IMG/VR virus record: IMGVR_UViG_3300044448_004553
Coordinates: 1 to 31,171 of that record
Strand: one strand, 5' to 3'
DNA: 31,171 nucleotides
From: a virus
Lineage: Duplodnaviria > Caudoviricetes
Shown: positions 11,301 to 19,044 of the stretch, piece after piece
Numbering within the stretch: position 1 is the first letter of the stretch
Layout: the number at the start of each line of letters is the position of its first letter
Notes under the pieces: generated by a model
Told to the model about the DNA's origin: nothing
The model's input: only the letters and a program-made list of their open reading frames with translations
The model's database searches: none
Made by a program: the position numbers and the translations under genes

Positions 11301-14300
11301 TCAGTTTAGCCCAATTATGGATTAGTGGAGGTGGAGTGCCTTATAGTAGGATTTCTAAAAATCTTTATGATAATATGGTTAAAAGCAGATTTATAGATGA
11401 TTCTGGGGTATTTGATGGTTTTACACATGCGGGAGGAGCACCTATATTAAGACCTGATTTTACAGGTAAACTAAATATACCAGTATATCAAAAAATAGGT
11501 GGACAAGAAGTACAGACAATATTAGGTGAAGCTAATGTAGGATTCGATTTTCTAGATAGAACAATAACACATACAGGTCAATTTGGCAAATCTGTTTTAA
11601 AAGAAAAGACTGCTAAAGGTACTATTAAGAAAAATAAAGCTGAAGAAATATCTTCTATAAGTGTAGCTGTAAATGTAAGAGATAATAGATTAGGCCATAG
11701 GGATATACAGATAGATTTAAAAAATGGTGAAATCTATGATCCATTTGGTATTGTTAAAGATTTGCCTGCATTTTATAAAGCAGCACCTAAAGGTTATAAT
11801 AAAACTATAGGAAATTTAATAGATGGTATACAATTAGGTAAAATAGTAAGATATAGAGATATAACTAGTTATCTTTTTCAAAGAGAAGGTACAACACCTG
11901 CAAATATAGTAGGAGTATTCAGCCCTGCTCCAAGAACAGGTCCACATGATTTGGTTGCTGCTAAAATTACTAATAGACCTATATCTAAAAAAGATGGTGG
12001 TGTAGTAGAATTAAATTCTTATGATCTTACGCTTAGAGCTCAAAGAGATTTTGATACTGATAAATTACCTTTTTATTTAGATTTACCATATAATGTTGTA
12101 AGAGAAGCATATAAATCAAATAGTTTAATTAAGGAAGCTATGCCTATAAATGAGGCTTTGAAAACTAAACCTTCGTATGATCCTTATAATGCTGAAGATT
12201 TTTGGATGCATAAAGGTAGAATAAAAGATGCTGGATTTTTAAGGGGCAAGGTTCAAAAACAACATCGTAAATTAGATTATGCTTGGCATATATTTAAAGA
12301 TATAGGTTCAATAAAATTTAATATAAATGGACAAAATGTTGAATTAGTATTTAATAAAAGTCAGAAGGGTTTACAAAGATTAACTAATGATTCACAATCT
12401 ATATTAGATCCATATAATGGTACTCCTGATGCAGTATTTAGTCCTGAATGGATAAATAATACTTTATTTGGTAATTCTGCTAAATTTGGAGATAGAAAAA
12501 GCACAGTAACAGCTAAAACAGATGAACCATTTTTTACAATGAAAGTGGGTAAAGACAATGCTTTAGTTAAGGAACCTATTTTAAAAGAAATTACTAATAA
12601 AATTTTAAACGATTACGGGAATTTATTAACTATTGAATCTGGTGTTTGGGAAGCTGGAGAAATGAAAACCCCTAGATATCAAGATATGCATACAATATAT
12701 AGGCAATTTCAAAACGATTATCATCCAAAAAGAATTAATTGGAATTTTTATAATTATTTAAAAGCTGCAAATGTTCAAGGTGTAGATCAAATATTTTTTC
12801 CAAAAGGCAAAAAAGATGCTAGTGGCAAAACTATTGAAATAAAAAATATATTTGGAAATTTATCTGAAGCTGTTAATAAACTACCTACTACATTTTTACA
12901 ATCGTTAGATGGTATAGCTAAACATGATATGCTAAAAGTAAATGAGATTGTTAATCCTCAAGGTGATTATTTTAATCAAGGTATTATGAAATGGTTAGGT
13001 AGATATAGAGGTGAAATATTAGAGTCTATAAGATTAGGTGATGATATTCCTGCCGTAATAGATAAAACTCCGATTATAGATGAATTATGGAATGGTTTTA
13101 GAAAAAATCTTAAAACAGAAGAAATGATGATTCAATTAAGTAATCTTGAATCTCAATTACATTCATTAGAAAGTATAATGCAAAGAAAAGTTGAACAAGG
13201 ATTAGGAGAAACTCCTGAATTTACAGTATTAGCAAATGATATAGCTATTAAAAGAAATGGTTTATTAGTTTTAAGAGATAAATTAATGGTTGAGAATTAT
13301 GGTGAAATGCCTGGAATGGAAAAAATCACAACTCAAGGAAAGAAAGAAAGAATTATAGGTGAAGCTGCAGGTGTAGTAAGAAATGAAAAAACTGGAAAAC
13401 TTATAGAGAAATATCCTCCAGGTTCTAAAAATATTGTAATTAAAGAAGGGGAAGTCTTTATTAAAAATGGAGTTCAATTAGTACCTGTAAGAAGCCATGA
13501 TATGTTAGATGCCGTAGCTTTTGCTAGAGCTACATTAGGATATTATGCTCATATAAAACCTGAACACAAAAATAGTTTTACAGAGATAGTTTCAAATACT
13601 AGAAAAGAAATTAACGAAAGTATGGCAGAAATTATGGACTTCAAGGGTTATAAAGATTGGAGCCGACATTATGCTAAAGTACAAGAATCTATAGATAGGG
13701 GTTTAAGAAGAATAGAGGAAATGGCAAATATAGATGCTCCTATGGATGGAGCTATTAGTCAGCCAACAAATGTAGGTAATTATCCTAAAGGCACTGAAAC
13801 TTATGGGAAAGATTTTTTAATGGCTTTATTAGTTCCAAAAGAAAAATATAAATCTGGAAATAATGTATATTATAATCCTACTAATAACGAATTTCTACCT
13901 GCAGTAGGCAATATTAATAAAACAGTAGTAGATGCTGTAATGCAAAGTTTAAAAAATTATAATTTATCTTCAAATTTTAATGGGTTTGTAATGGATTTAG
14001 CTAAAGTTCATGGGGCTAATTATAAAACTTTAACAGCAGGTGATGGATTTGATATGGCTGCAAGAAAATTATCTACAACTACTTTTGAAGGTGCTTTATT
14101 AAATAATGCTATTGAAAGAGTATTGCATGATCCGTTTGTGACTAAAAAAGAATATAAAACTTTAAAAGATAATATGCAATTAACTGAAGCTGTAGGTTCA
14201 CAATTTGCTGAGCTTTATAGACAGATTCTTCAAGAAGGAGCTATGACAGACCCTATTACAGCTTTTAGATTAAAGGAAAGATTAATAGAATCTTATGGGC

Positions 14301-14563
14301 AAGATGCTTATGATTCTGTATGGAAGAAATCTAGAGGATATATGGTATTTGATGGTATTACTACAAAACAATTTGGAGGTGGTACTGGTCAAGGTCAATT
14401 AATAGGAGAACTATTGTATCCTAAAGGACCAAGAGATATTATTAGAGCTCCTCAAGTTAGAAGAAAAAATAAAGATGGTGCTGAAGTATTAAGAGTAATA
14501 GATCAAATTGGTGGTCAAAATAATTTCTATATAAATAAAAATAATAAAGGGAGATGTAATTAA
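5381..14563 (+). CDS. giant virion protein containing a single-chain two-barrel (DPBB) RNA polymerase, crAss-like vRNAP type, 3060 aa
   Basis: Catalytic DxDxD as RDFDTDK (aa 2223-2227). Upstream PAPRTGPHDLV aligns with the RxP..P.D motif of cellular RdRP/beta'. Beta-like barrel motifs in the expected order: NNGATVV, HK1784P, NK1804, TSGAK1833K. Downstream SQSILD. The N-terminal ~600 aa is Gly-rich with hydrophobic helices. Confidence 0.8.
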   Translation: MANGISYYEINQKYREEWNKGNKISYDQARDLIKQDRLAATQPAAIQPTSGEPEDPFTLGLTTSLKYPGASLEPGSSDEIFPEGKYHDAKPDALGDSLMDVIGGALWGFGKVGTFGATDYLTRKAFGDEAVDEVLADWQDSKAGRIALMLGEAGGFLRGIGLVKGGMAKTANIGALGNTTRGLQRKAAKKLTEDINQNLLKNVNKTGVDIKDVNRFIINSTDDLVGFGNKSGLASRSKGTWDFLNPFSHSVKPYMNMRKGSSYIGQVTGQMRGSMPGKLTSYLGSKGIAASTDDIVRLSDDIINQVTKTPINNLDDMIVNRWGGKFSQIAGGVAQEAFDIAMVGTLIDAHMYANGELEPEPGQSYAGLFAKQFLHHALTGAAFGGIRVIPGGASMPIYKKVGMALDLKNTNQVLSKFGGNIKGFNKHISKVTDPKGMRAVLETTFNQNRNFVISLPNGQKLFHGSTALKSIKPGDLPTIKKAIIGQNQKWLKELRGGLTAKNPFKNEIVKDLFFSSPRWLGGAAVMNYAALNQGVFDSMDPDEAGAHFLLSTWMSKRGKPLRGKGVEGKKPAFDWSSGERPYFYNEELVEMHKNMEHLGYNMTHVKDLVKGYERGIYDTYINKHIESNGDITEVIKALERNNIIYNREEYLSKHNNEDLRASGNGDVITSELSKLITPVSGVIKARGYDFNPNMLKKNMDLAIKDIHQLKSTVLSTTDNPISLNSTERIKQSILKSTESQWNQIELDLFNNFKDMATLLTGNPNFIDKSGRMLNRITFAPDNIELTQKQARAVRQFFGLQQELEQSGLITIREKNQGKQFGTNVQEPFEKNIEALANIHDNFSSYLGREVYGQNSNERVDLTSPELWHFIGHNVFNKNVRVNYDILFNNRESLPKDVNDATVDDLTSLIDRMVSPDKSNKSAIVNDVRNLIMNESGETYKRLINEGNLGEIHDLTSMMHNLYSIMKTGKSPQGGKAQYSVSEAIELKGKLIELGMPDPSRNNGEDFRIWTEKMRNHGINEAIGGLDVSPEVSYSINRLMEGGLVAVNKGNQSLGGRLEMAREIKAVDIERLNPDMSSKEIDRMIKVYDDIVTSIPNKAVAKTDRIDKLFLTNEQLATLEAVAKTINMNKHISDSKDLHVPVQEIIMNLQEERQLLESSIKDTQGMEKTVIDRIKAKIKLASQQETLLTDWDKMYWENVMGTRGDITRSAAFYHHVKNTKIDGKTISELFLEMNQSREKLDMKTFDTISETIDLLQQEIAQRWRNRPEVFTDIEIQREESLIRHQAEELMGKLNSDNKNTISPDNFFVEYAKTGEAPMMEKVVNQIVAQGGKRKTYENATEALYDLYEISNTGIKNTNFRDAIYEISGLKQGDIPSNKLKNDTQRLFNLFERQFSVNKITLNLAGDNKSLDYSGTFDKGTISHSRFTDVFTEIFKTADLNLLSDQVLLNNKITTLRGESTGDVGLFEKLVNTLAQDRLIITQKAGATKNQKLARTGTEVEPSGDNFLTFDMTKQGTKGKQYLIGVDENINFLMPHTEFHSLAKSFKKWYEVQKNDPYVLNAINKHRGAAQLFERLGEYYKYIEGSLQDRKYSIDLFKVQSKKVPSNRLLTKALHEMFNVMYGERIDGDWLQSAYDANMSHKDFKYRRLGSNQGYARNTDKRRDFTLQLWGGDKSYIGDVVRKYSPMSFYNNLVINDAGTISEKGQVSSDYITDNRTVAERSINEQYNNNKITKEQRDGMLSRLFNSHSLNAEANNGATVVRRERLDFILINEGNSQLIGESAGHKPVGTSSFKDANGNIHVFYNKTHYFYDKKFDTFFANNPNIEQITLTSGAKKAKIIKTTDPNLINNLLAITPPKTSEATNIVDWLNNKNNFNNMDFIDGKNGVARIDANQDLIGTVYGEAKGAKVLKQLSNWSEYQKEIFIYGRADAIKNFNTVRYNLYDPSRPHEAGAWAREYLNEKTNKGNAHNPENENISLAQLWISGGGVPYSRISKNLYDNMVKSRFIDDSGVFDGFTHAGGAPILRPDFTGKLNIPVYQKIGGQEVQTILGEANVGFDFLDRTITHTGQFGKSVLKEKTAKGTIKKNKAEEISSISVAVNVRDNRLGHRDIQIDLKNGEIYDPFGIVKDLPAFYKAAPKGYNKTIGNLIDGIQLGKIVRYRDITSYLFQREGTTPANIVGVFSPAPRTGPHDLVAAKITNRPISKKDGGVVELNSYDLTLRAQRDFDTDKLPFYLDLPYNVVREAYKSNSLIKEAMPINEALKTKPSYDPYNAEDFWMHKGRIKDAGFLRGKVQKQHRKLDYAWHIFKDIGSIKFNINGQNVELVFNKSQKGLQRLTNDSQSILDPYNGTPDAVFSPEWINNTLFGNSAKFGDRKSTVTAKTDEPFFTMKVGKDNALVKEPILKEITNKILNDYGNLLTIESGVWEAGEMKTPRYQDMHTIYRQFQNDYHPKRINWNFYNYLKAANVQGVDQIFFPKGKKDASGKTIEIKNIFGNLSEAVNKLPTTFLQSLDGIAKHDMLKVNEIVNPQGDYFNQGIMKWLGRYRGEILESIRLGDDIPAVIDKTPIIDELWNGFRKNLKTEEMMIQLSNLESQLHSLESIMQRKVEQGLGETPEFTVLANDIAIKRNGLLVLRDKLMVENYGEMPGMEKITTQGKKERIIGEAAGVVRNEKTGKLIEKYPPGSKNIVIKEGEVFIKNGVQLVPVRSHDMLDAVAFARATLGYYAHIKPEHKNSFTEIVSNTRKEINESMAEIMDFKGYKDWSRHYAKVQESIDRGLRRIEEMANIDAPMDGAISQPTNVGNYPKGTETYGKDFLMALLVPKEKYKSGNNVYYNPTNNEFLPAVGNINKTVVDAVMQSLKNYNLSSNFNGFVMDLAKVHGANYKTLTAGDGFDMAARKLSTTTFEGALLNNAIERVLHDPFVTKKEYKTLKDNMQLTEAVGSQFAELYRQILQEGAMTDPITAFRLKERLIESYGQDAYDSVWKKSRGYMVFDGITTKQFGGGTGQGQLIGELLYPKGPRDIIRAPQVRRKNKDGAEVLRVIDQIGGQNNFYINKNNKGRCN

Positions 14564-17280
14564 TGCTGTGCAAAGATCCTAGTGAATTTACAAAAGGTAT
14601 GGATAAAATTAAACAACGTTGGTCTAATAGTCGAACTTTAAAAGAATGGAATTTAATAAATGATACAAAGTTTTTTAAAGAATTATTTTTTGATGCTACT
14701 AATAAAGACTTTGAACTTGGTGTTGAATTAAATTACAAGGATTTAAATAAATTTGACATTATGCTTGATTCTAAGATACAGCAATTAAAGTCACCTGGAG
14801 ATATGGCTTCTAAATTTAAAAAAATTATGTGGGTAGGATATGCTAAAGCTATGAAAAATCCTATAGTAAAGAGTTTTTTTCATACATTGTCAGATGCAAA
14901 TAACTTTCGTAATAGAGTTACAGCTCAAAATAATGATGAATTTAGAAATTTAATAGCTGATTTTAAAGATGCTATTGTATTATATGAGGGCGGCAATGAT
15001 ATATCTGGATTAAAAACAAAAATTACTAGAAAAGATCGATTTACTGAATTAACTGATATTTTAAATCAACATGAAAAGAATTATGCGCAACAAAAAATAT
15101 TTGAAGGTAAAGGTGAAGATTTGAATTCAAGTGATGCATATTATAAATTAGATAAATTCTTAAGTAAAGAGGGTGAAGGTGTTATGTTTCAAGATTTCTT
15201 GGAAGTTTTAGAAACAGGAACTACAAAAAGTTTAAGAGTAAAATATGCTAATGAATTAGAATATAGAAATAATTATATAAATAAATTAGATGTAGCTTCA
15301 TCCAGATGGAAAACTATTGTTGGTAACGCTAATAAAGACTTATCGAAATCAATTGATAATCTAATAGATATAGTTAATTTAAAATATGGAGAAAAAACAA
15401 ATGCAGCTGTTAGATTAATAGAGAGATATAAAGAAGTTAAATCGAATTTACAAAAAAGTAAAGATAAAGGATATGCTCCTCATTATGTATTAGATTTATT
15501 AAAGCAATCATTAGAAATGAGAGAAAAGTTAGATTTAAATACTGAATTATCTAAAAGTGAAATGGATGATTTATTTAATCAATTTGTCAAAGAAGTAGAT
15601 GGTATTAATACAACTTTAAGTGATAGGTTAAAATCTAGATCTGGCAGTGGTATTGAGACTGAATATTTTACAAGAAATCCTATGTTGTATGTAGATCAAT
15701 TTATAAAAGATGTTGGCAAATTTAATCATAGTTCTACTGTAGATAAAGCTTATTTATTAGGTATTAAAAAATTAAGTGAAGTAGCATTTTCAAATCCTGG
15801 AAAACAAACAGGCGAAGCAGCTGAATCTTATATGAAATATATGATGGAGATGTATAATGATGCTATAAAAGGGAGGGGCATTCAAGATTCTCCTGTAGCT
15901 AATAATATACATAGACTTTTATCTAGTATGCAATTTGTTAGTAAATTAGGCTGGAATTTTAAATCTCCTATTAAAAATTATAGTCAATCATTATTTACTT
16001 GGAAATGGTTTGGTCATACAGAAATGAAACATGCTATGAATGAATTTAAAAGTAATCCAAATGCTGAAAGATTATTGAATGATATGATGACTAAATATGG
16101 TTATAAATTTTTTGATTTAGGAACAGTTACTGAAGGTGCTATAACTGATATAAGTTTAGAAGGTTTTGGTGTTAGCTATAAAAACGGTTATTTAACAAGA
16201 CAGGATCAAATTAGTGTCTTAGACCATATGACTAAAGCTGGTGTTAAAGTTGCTGGAAAAAGTGCTATTTTCATGCAATGGGCTGAAAATTTTAATAGAA
16301 AGCATACTTTTAAAAGAGCTTTTGGCTCTAGATTAAGACAATTAAGACAGCAAAATCGATTTATAGAAAAAGATATAAATAATCCTGAAACGCAAACAGC
16401 AATGGGCAAGGAAGCAGGTAAATATGCAGCTAGAGTTACGGAATTATTACATTTTGTATATTCTCCTCATGGCAAGTCTGAATTATTGAAAAGTAAGGCT
16501 GGTAGTTTATTGTTCCAATTCCAACACTATACTAAATCAGCTATTAATTTAGAAGCTATGATATTTAAAGATGCATGGAAAGCATATAAAGCAGGTGAAA
16601 ATTTAAATAGTTATGAGTTTAAAAGAATGTATAGAAGTGTAGGCCTTGCTATGATTGCAAATGCAATAAGTATTCCTTTTGGAGTCAATGTTACCAGCTA
16701 TATAGGTAATGAAATTCTAAGTAAAATTGGAGACTTTACTCAATTTATAACAGGTAGTGAAGAAGAAAAGAAAAATGCTTTTTATGGCAGAGGACCTCTT
16801 GTTTCACAATCTGTTGTTTTATCAGATATGGTAGAAGTATTTAATTTAGGTTTATCAAAAGGATGGTATGATCTTCAAGTAGATCCTGATGGTATAGCTT
16901 CATTAATGACAGGTATTAGAGAATATGAGGATATGAGTGATGCAGATTTAAACAGAGAAATGTGGGGCAAATTAATGCCTAATGTTGAATTAGATAGATT
17001 TACTAGTAAAACATTACCTGCTTTTACTAAGAGTGGATTTCCAGGTGTATTAAGAGCTCAATTTGGTTTATATCCTGGTGAAACAGAACTTGGTATAGAT
17101 GTTAGAAAAACAAGAAAGAAAATTCTTGAAAGTGATACTATGCAGGGTGCATCTGAATTATATGAAAAGGCTTTTGGTACAGGTTTGATTAAAAAGAGTA
17201 AAAAGAAGGAAAAGAAATCTTTTATTAGAATGAACTCGGATGAGAGACGTAGAGCTCTACAATCTCTCTCCAAGTTTTAG
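14563..17280 (+). CDS. large internal virion/ejection protein, 905 aa
   Basis: TAATG coupling to the giant gene. LGWNxxSxxKNxxQ, WAENFNR and HFxY..K......G.LLFQFQHY motifs resemble helical regions of phage ejection/polyvalent proteins. Last gene of the + operon. Confidence 0.65.
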   Translation: MLCKDPSEFTKGMDKIKQRWSNSRTLKEWNLINDTKFFKELFFDATNKDFELGVELNYKDLNKFDIMLDSKIQQLKSPGDMASKFKKIMWVGYAKAMKNPIVKSFFHTLSDANNFRNRVTAQNNDEFRNLIADFKDAIVLYEGGNDISGLKTKITRKDRFTELTDILNQHEKNYAQQKIFEGKGEDLNSSDAYYKLDKFLSKEGEGVMFQDFLEVLETGTTKSLRVKYANELEYRNNYINKLDVASSRWKTIVGNANKDLSKSIDNLIDIVNLKYGEKTNAAVRLIERYKEVKSNLQKSKDKGYAPHYVLDLLKQSLEMREKLDLNTELSKSEMDDLFNQFVKEVDGINTTLSDRLKSRSGSGIETEYFTRNPMLYVDQFIKDVGKFNHSSTVDKAYLLGIKKLSEVAFSNPGKQTGEAAESYMKYMMEMYNDAIKGRGIQDSPVANNIHRLLSSMQFVSKLGWNFKSPIKNYSQSLFTWKWFGHTEMKHAMNEFKSNPNAERLLNDMMTKYGYKFFDLGTVTEGAITDISLEGFGVSYKNGYLTRQDQISVLDHMTKAGVKVAGKSAIFMQWAENFNRKHTFKRAFGSRLRQLRQQNRFIEKDINNPETQTAMGKEAGKYAARVTELLHFVYSPHGKSELLKSKAGSLLFQFQHYTKSAINLEAMIFKDAWKAYKAGENLNSYEFKRMYRSVGLAMIANAISIPFGVNVTSYIGNEILSKIGDFTQFITGSEEEKKNAFYGRGPLVSQSVVLSDMVEVFNLGLSKGWYDLQVDPDGIASLMTGIREYEDMSDADLNREMWGKLMPNVELDRFTSKTLPAFTKSGFPGVLRAQFGLYPGETELGIDVRKTRKKILESDTMQGASELYEKAFGTGLIKKSKKKEKKSFIRMNSDERRRALQSLSKF

Positions 17281-17287
17281 GGATGAA

Positions 17288-17482
17288 TTAATTTTTAGTA
17301 ATATACTTATCTAATTTTTCTGCTAAAGTTTCTTTAAGTTTATTTAAAGTATCTATTATTACCGTTAAATCCTTTAATAAATATATTATATCTTCTTCTT
17401 CTACTTTATGTTTCTGGATTCTATTCATTCTATGATTTATATCATTTATATACTGATTTAAAGCTTTTCCTATCATTACCAT
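17288..17482 (-). CDS. hypothetical protein, 64 aa
   Basis: Last ORF of the minus operon; overlaps the resolvase stop; helical. Confidence 0.55.
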   Translation of the reverse strand: MVMIGKALNQYINDINHRMNRIQKHKVEEEDIIYLLKDLTVIIDTLNKLKETLAEKLDKYITKN

Positions 17483-17787
17483 TCTCCCATTTGTTTTAAC
17501 ATTATATTAAGAAAATCCTTATATCGTATTACAACTAAAGTATCTTCTCTATCTTCTTTAATTAATGCTATATCACAGCTTTCAGGAGGTTTCATAAAAG
17601 ACGCAATCTTTTTACGCATTTTACACTGACCTTTGAACTCTCCTATTTTAACATCAACATCTTCAGCTTCTCCTAAAGACAATCCATTACTGGCATAAGC
17701 TCTAATTGCTGAAATTCCTACTTCTTTTGCTTGATTCACTACTAATCTTTCAAGGCGATTACCTCTTGCTTTGTTTTTGCTTGGCAT
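17476..17787 (-). CDS. Holliday junction resolvase, Hjc-like PD-(D/E)xK nuclease
   Basis: KARGNRLER...GISAIRAYAS...DVDV...QCK pattern; GGAGAG RBS. Confidence 0.75.
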   Translation of the reverse strand: MPSKNKARGNRLERLVVNQAKEVGISAIRAYASNGLSLGEAEDVDVKIGEFKGQCKMRKKIASFMKPPESCDIALIKEDREDTLVVIRYKDFLNIMLKQMGEW

Positions 17788-18022
17788 ATTTTTTTCTCTC
17801 CTTCTGTAGTTTTTTATGGAATCTATCTAAAGCCTCATCAGCTTCTTGAATAATATATTCTATACTATTGGAACTTTTTTCATTATATGTAGTAGAATTA
17901 TTATCCTTTTGATTTAGAAGATTTTTTAGCTCCTGATTTTCCTTTTGTAGATTTTGGTTCATCAATACTAATTTCTTCATTTCCTTTAATGCTCTCTTTA
18001 CTATTAGATTTTCTTGATTCAT
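17759..18022 (-). CDS. hypothetical coiled-coil protein, 87 aa
   Basis: GAGGA upstream of ATG; heptad LQKENQELKNLL; overlaps both neighbours. Confidence 0.55.
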   Translation of the reverse strand: MNQENLIVKRALKEMKKLVLMNQNLQKENQELKNLLNQKDNNSTTYNEKSSNSIEYIIQEADEALDRFHKKLQKERKKYAKQKQSKR

Positions 18023-18194
18023 TATCTTTTTCCTCTAGATATTTTTGAAATTCCTTTATATCATCTTTAAAGTCTATATAAAAGGCTATTAATTTATTAA
18101 CATAATCAACAGCTTGTTGTGTTTTAACTGATTCTCTTAATAAAAAGTCTAATCTTTTACCCACAACTTTCATTGTTAATTTCTTATTCGCCAT
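17901..18194 (-). CDS. hypothetical protein, 97 aa
   Basis: AGGAG RBS; helical N-terminus and a low-complexity K/S tail where it overlaps the next gene. Confidence 0.6.
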   Translation of the reverse strand: MANKKLTMKVVGKRLDFLLRESVKTQQAVDYVNKLIAFYIDFKDDIKEFQKYLEEKDNESRKSNSKESIKGNEEISIDEPKSTKGKSGAKKSSKSKG

Positions 18195-18390
18195 TTTTAT
18201 ACTCCTTTTGTAAACCTAATCTAGATAAAGCTAATTTTAATCCTGTTTCTAGATTCATTAATTTTTGCTCTATTATTAGTATTTTTTCTTGAACTTGTAT
18301 TACATCGTCAGTCTTTATTTTCTCTGCAACAACCATTAAATCTGTAACATCTAATGGATCTTTGGTTTTTTTGGTTTTCTTTTTATCCAC
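18184..18390 (-). CDS. hypothetical protein, 68 aa (GTG start)
   Basis: AAGGAGA RBS before GTG; tight operon packing. Confidence 0.6.
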   Translation of the reverse strand: MDKKKTKKTKDPLDVTDLMVVAEKIKTDDVIQVQEKILIIEQKLMNLETGLKLALSRLGLQKEYKNGE

Positions 18391-18405
18391 GTTATCTCCT
18401 TTTAT

Positions 18406-18681
18406 TTAAATATCGCAATGCCCATCTTTGCAATTAATCATTTGTGCTTTTAATAAACTTTCTTCAGTATAATAATTCGGATCTTCTGCATCTGCAGCTT
18501 TTTCCATTGAAGTTCTATTTAACTTACTTATTATTTTCAATACATAATCTAATGCTTCTAGCCAACCAGTTGCTAGTAAAATCTCTTTTTCTTCATCATT
18601 ATATTTATCTTTTAAATAATTTACAAATGATTCATACTCTTCTTTAGTTTCGTTTAGTTCTTTTATTACATCATTCGTCAT
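18406..18681 (-). CDS. hypothetical protein, 91 aa
   Basis: ATGA overlap with the upstream gene; acidic and helical. Confidence 0.6.
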   Translation of the reverse strand: MTNDVIKELNETKEEYESFVNYLKDKYNDEEKEILLATGWLEALDYVLKIISKLNRTSMEKAADAEDPNYYTEESLLKAQMINCKDGHCDI

Positions 18682-18908
18682 CCTGTCCTCATTTCTACTT
18701 TATTCCAATTTAATTTAGTTTCTAATTTTACCAGAAAATGCGCTTCACATTTAGAACATCTGAATTCTTCTGCTATATGTCCTGTAGATCTATCATATAT
18801 AGGATTTATTAGTTCCATTTCTTTTTCTGGGTTATTATATTTTTTATTACAATTTGGACAAGTCCATTTATTGTAATTTCTCAATTTATCTTCTGCAGAT
18901 ATTTTCAT
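18678..18908 (-). CDS. small zinc-ribbon protein, 76 aa
   Basis: CPNC...CSKC pairs; AAGGGA RBS. Confidence 0.7.
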   Translation of the reverse strand: MKISAEDKLRNYNKWTCPNCNKKYNNPEKEMELINPIYDRSTGHIAEEFRCSKCEAHFLVKLETKLNWNKVEMRTG

Positions 18909-18925
18909 ATTTATCCCTTTATTTT

Positions 18926-19019
18926 ATTAAAGGAGCCTCACATATTCCTTTGCCTTTCACTCTAGAGTAGTACACCCTTGCTAATTGGACTTACAGGACC
19001 AGTTATTGGCTCCTTTAAT
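18926..19019 (-). ncRNA. structured intergenic motif, copy 1 (GAGYC-AATAACTGGT...TATGTGA-GRCTC)
   Basis: Perfect 12-bp closing stem 18926-18937/19008-19019; the core sequence is shared with 22339-22386. Confidence 0.6.
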
Positions 19020-19044
19020 TTATCCGACTGTTATCCGCATTGCT

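Noticed and set aside
364-17273. Short antisense ORFs inside the + strand virion genes (364, 2680, 4510, 10804, 12361, 13283, 16206, 17058)
   Set aside because: Fully nested opposite long genes, no RBS, and F/L/I/S-rich as expected for the antisense of A-rich coding DNA.
17270-17300. Bidirectional terminator at the convergent junction
   Set aside because: Only 7 nt separate the two stop codons and no convincing hairpin with a U-tract is visible.
18926-19019. Twister ribozyme (TAAC...GGTCCTGTAAGTCC resembles it)
   Set aside because: The required P2/P4 and two pseudoknots could not be built, and copy 2 lacks this segment.
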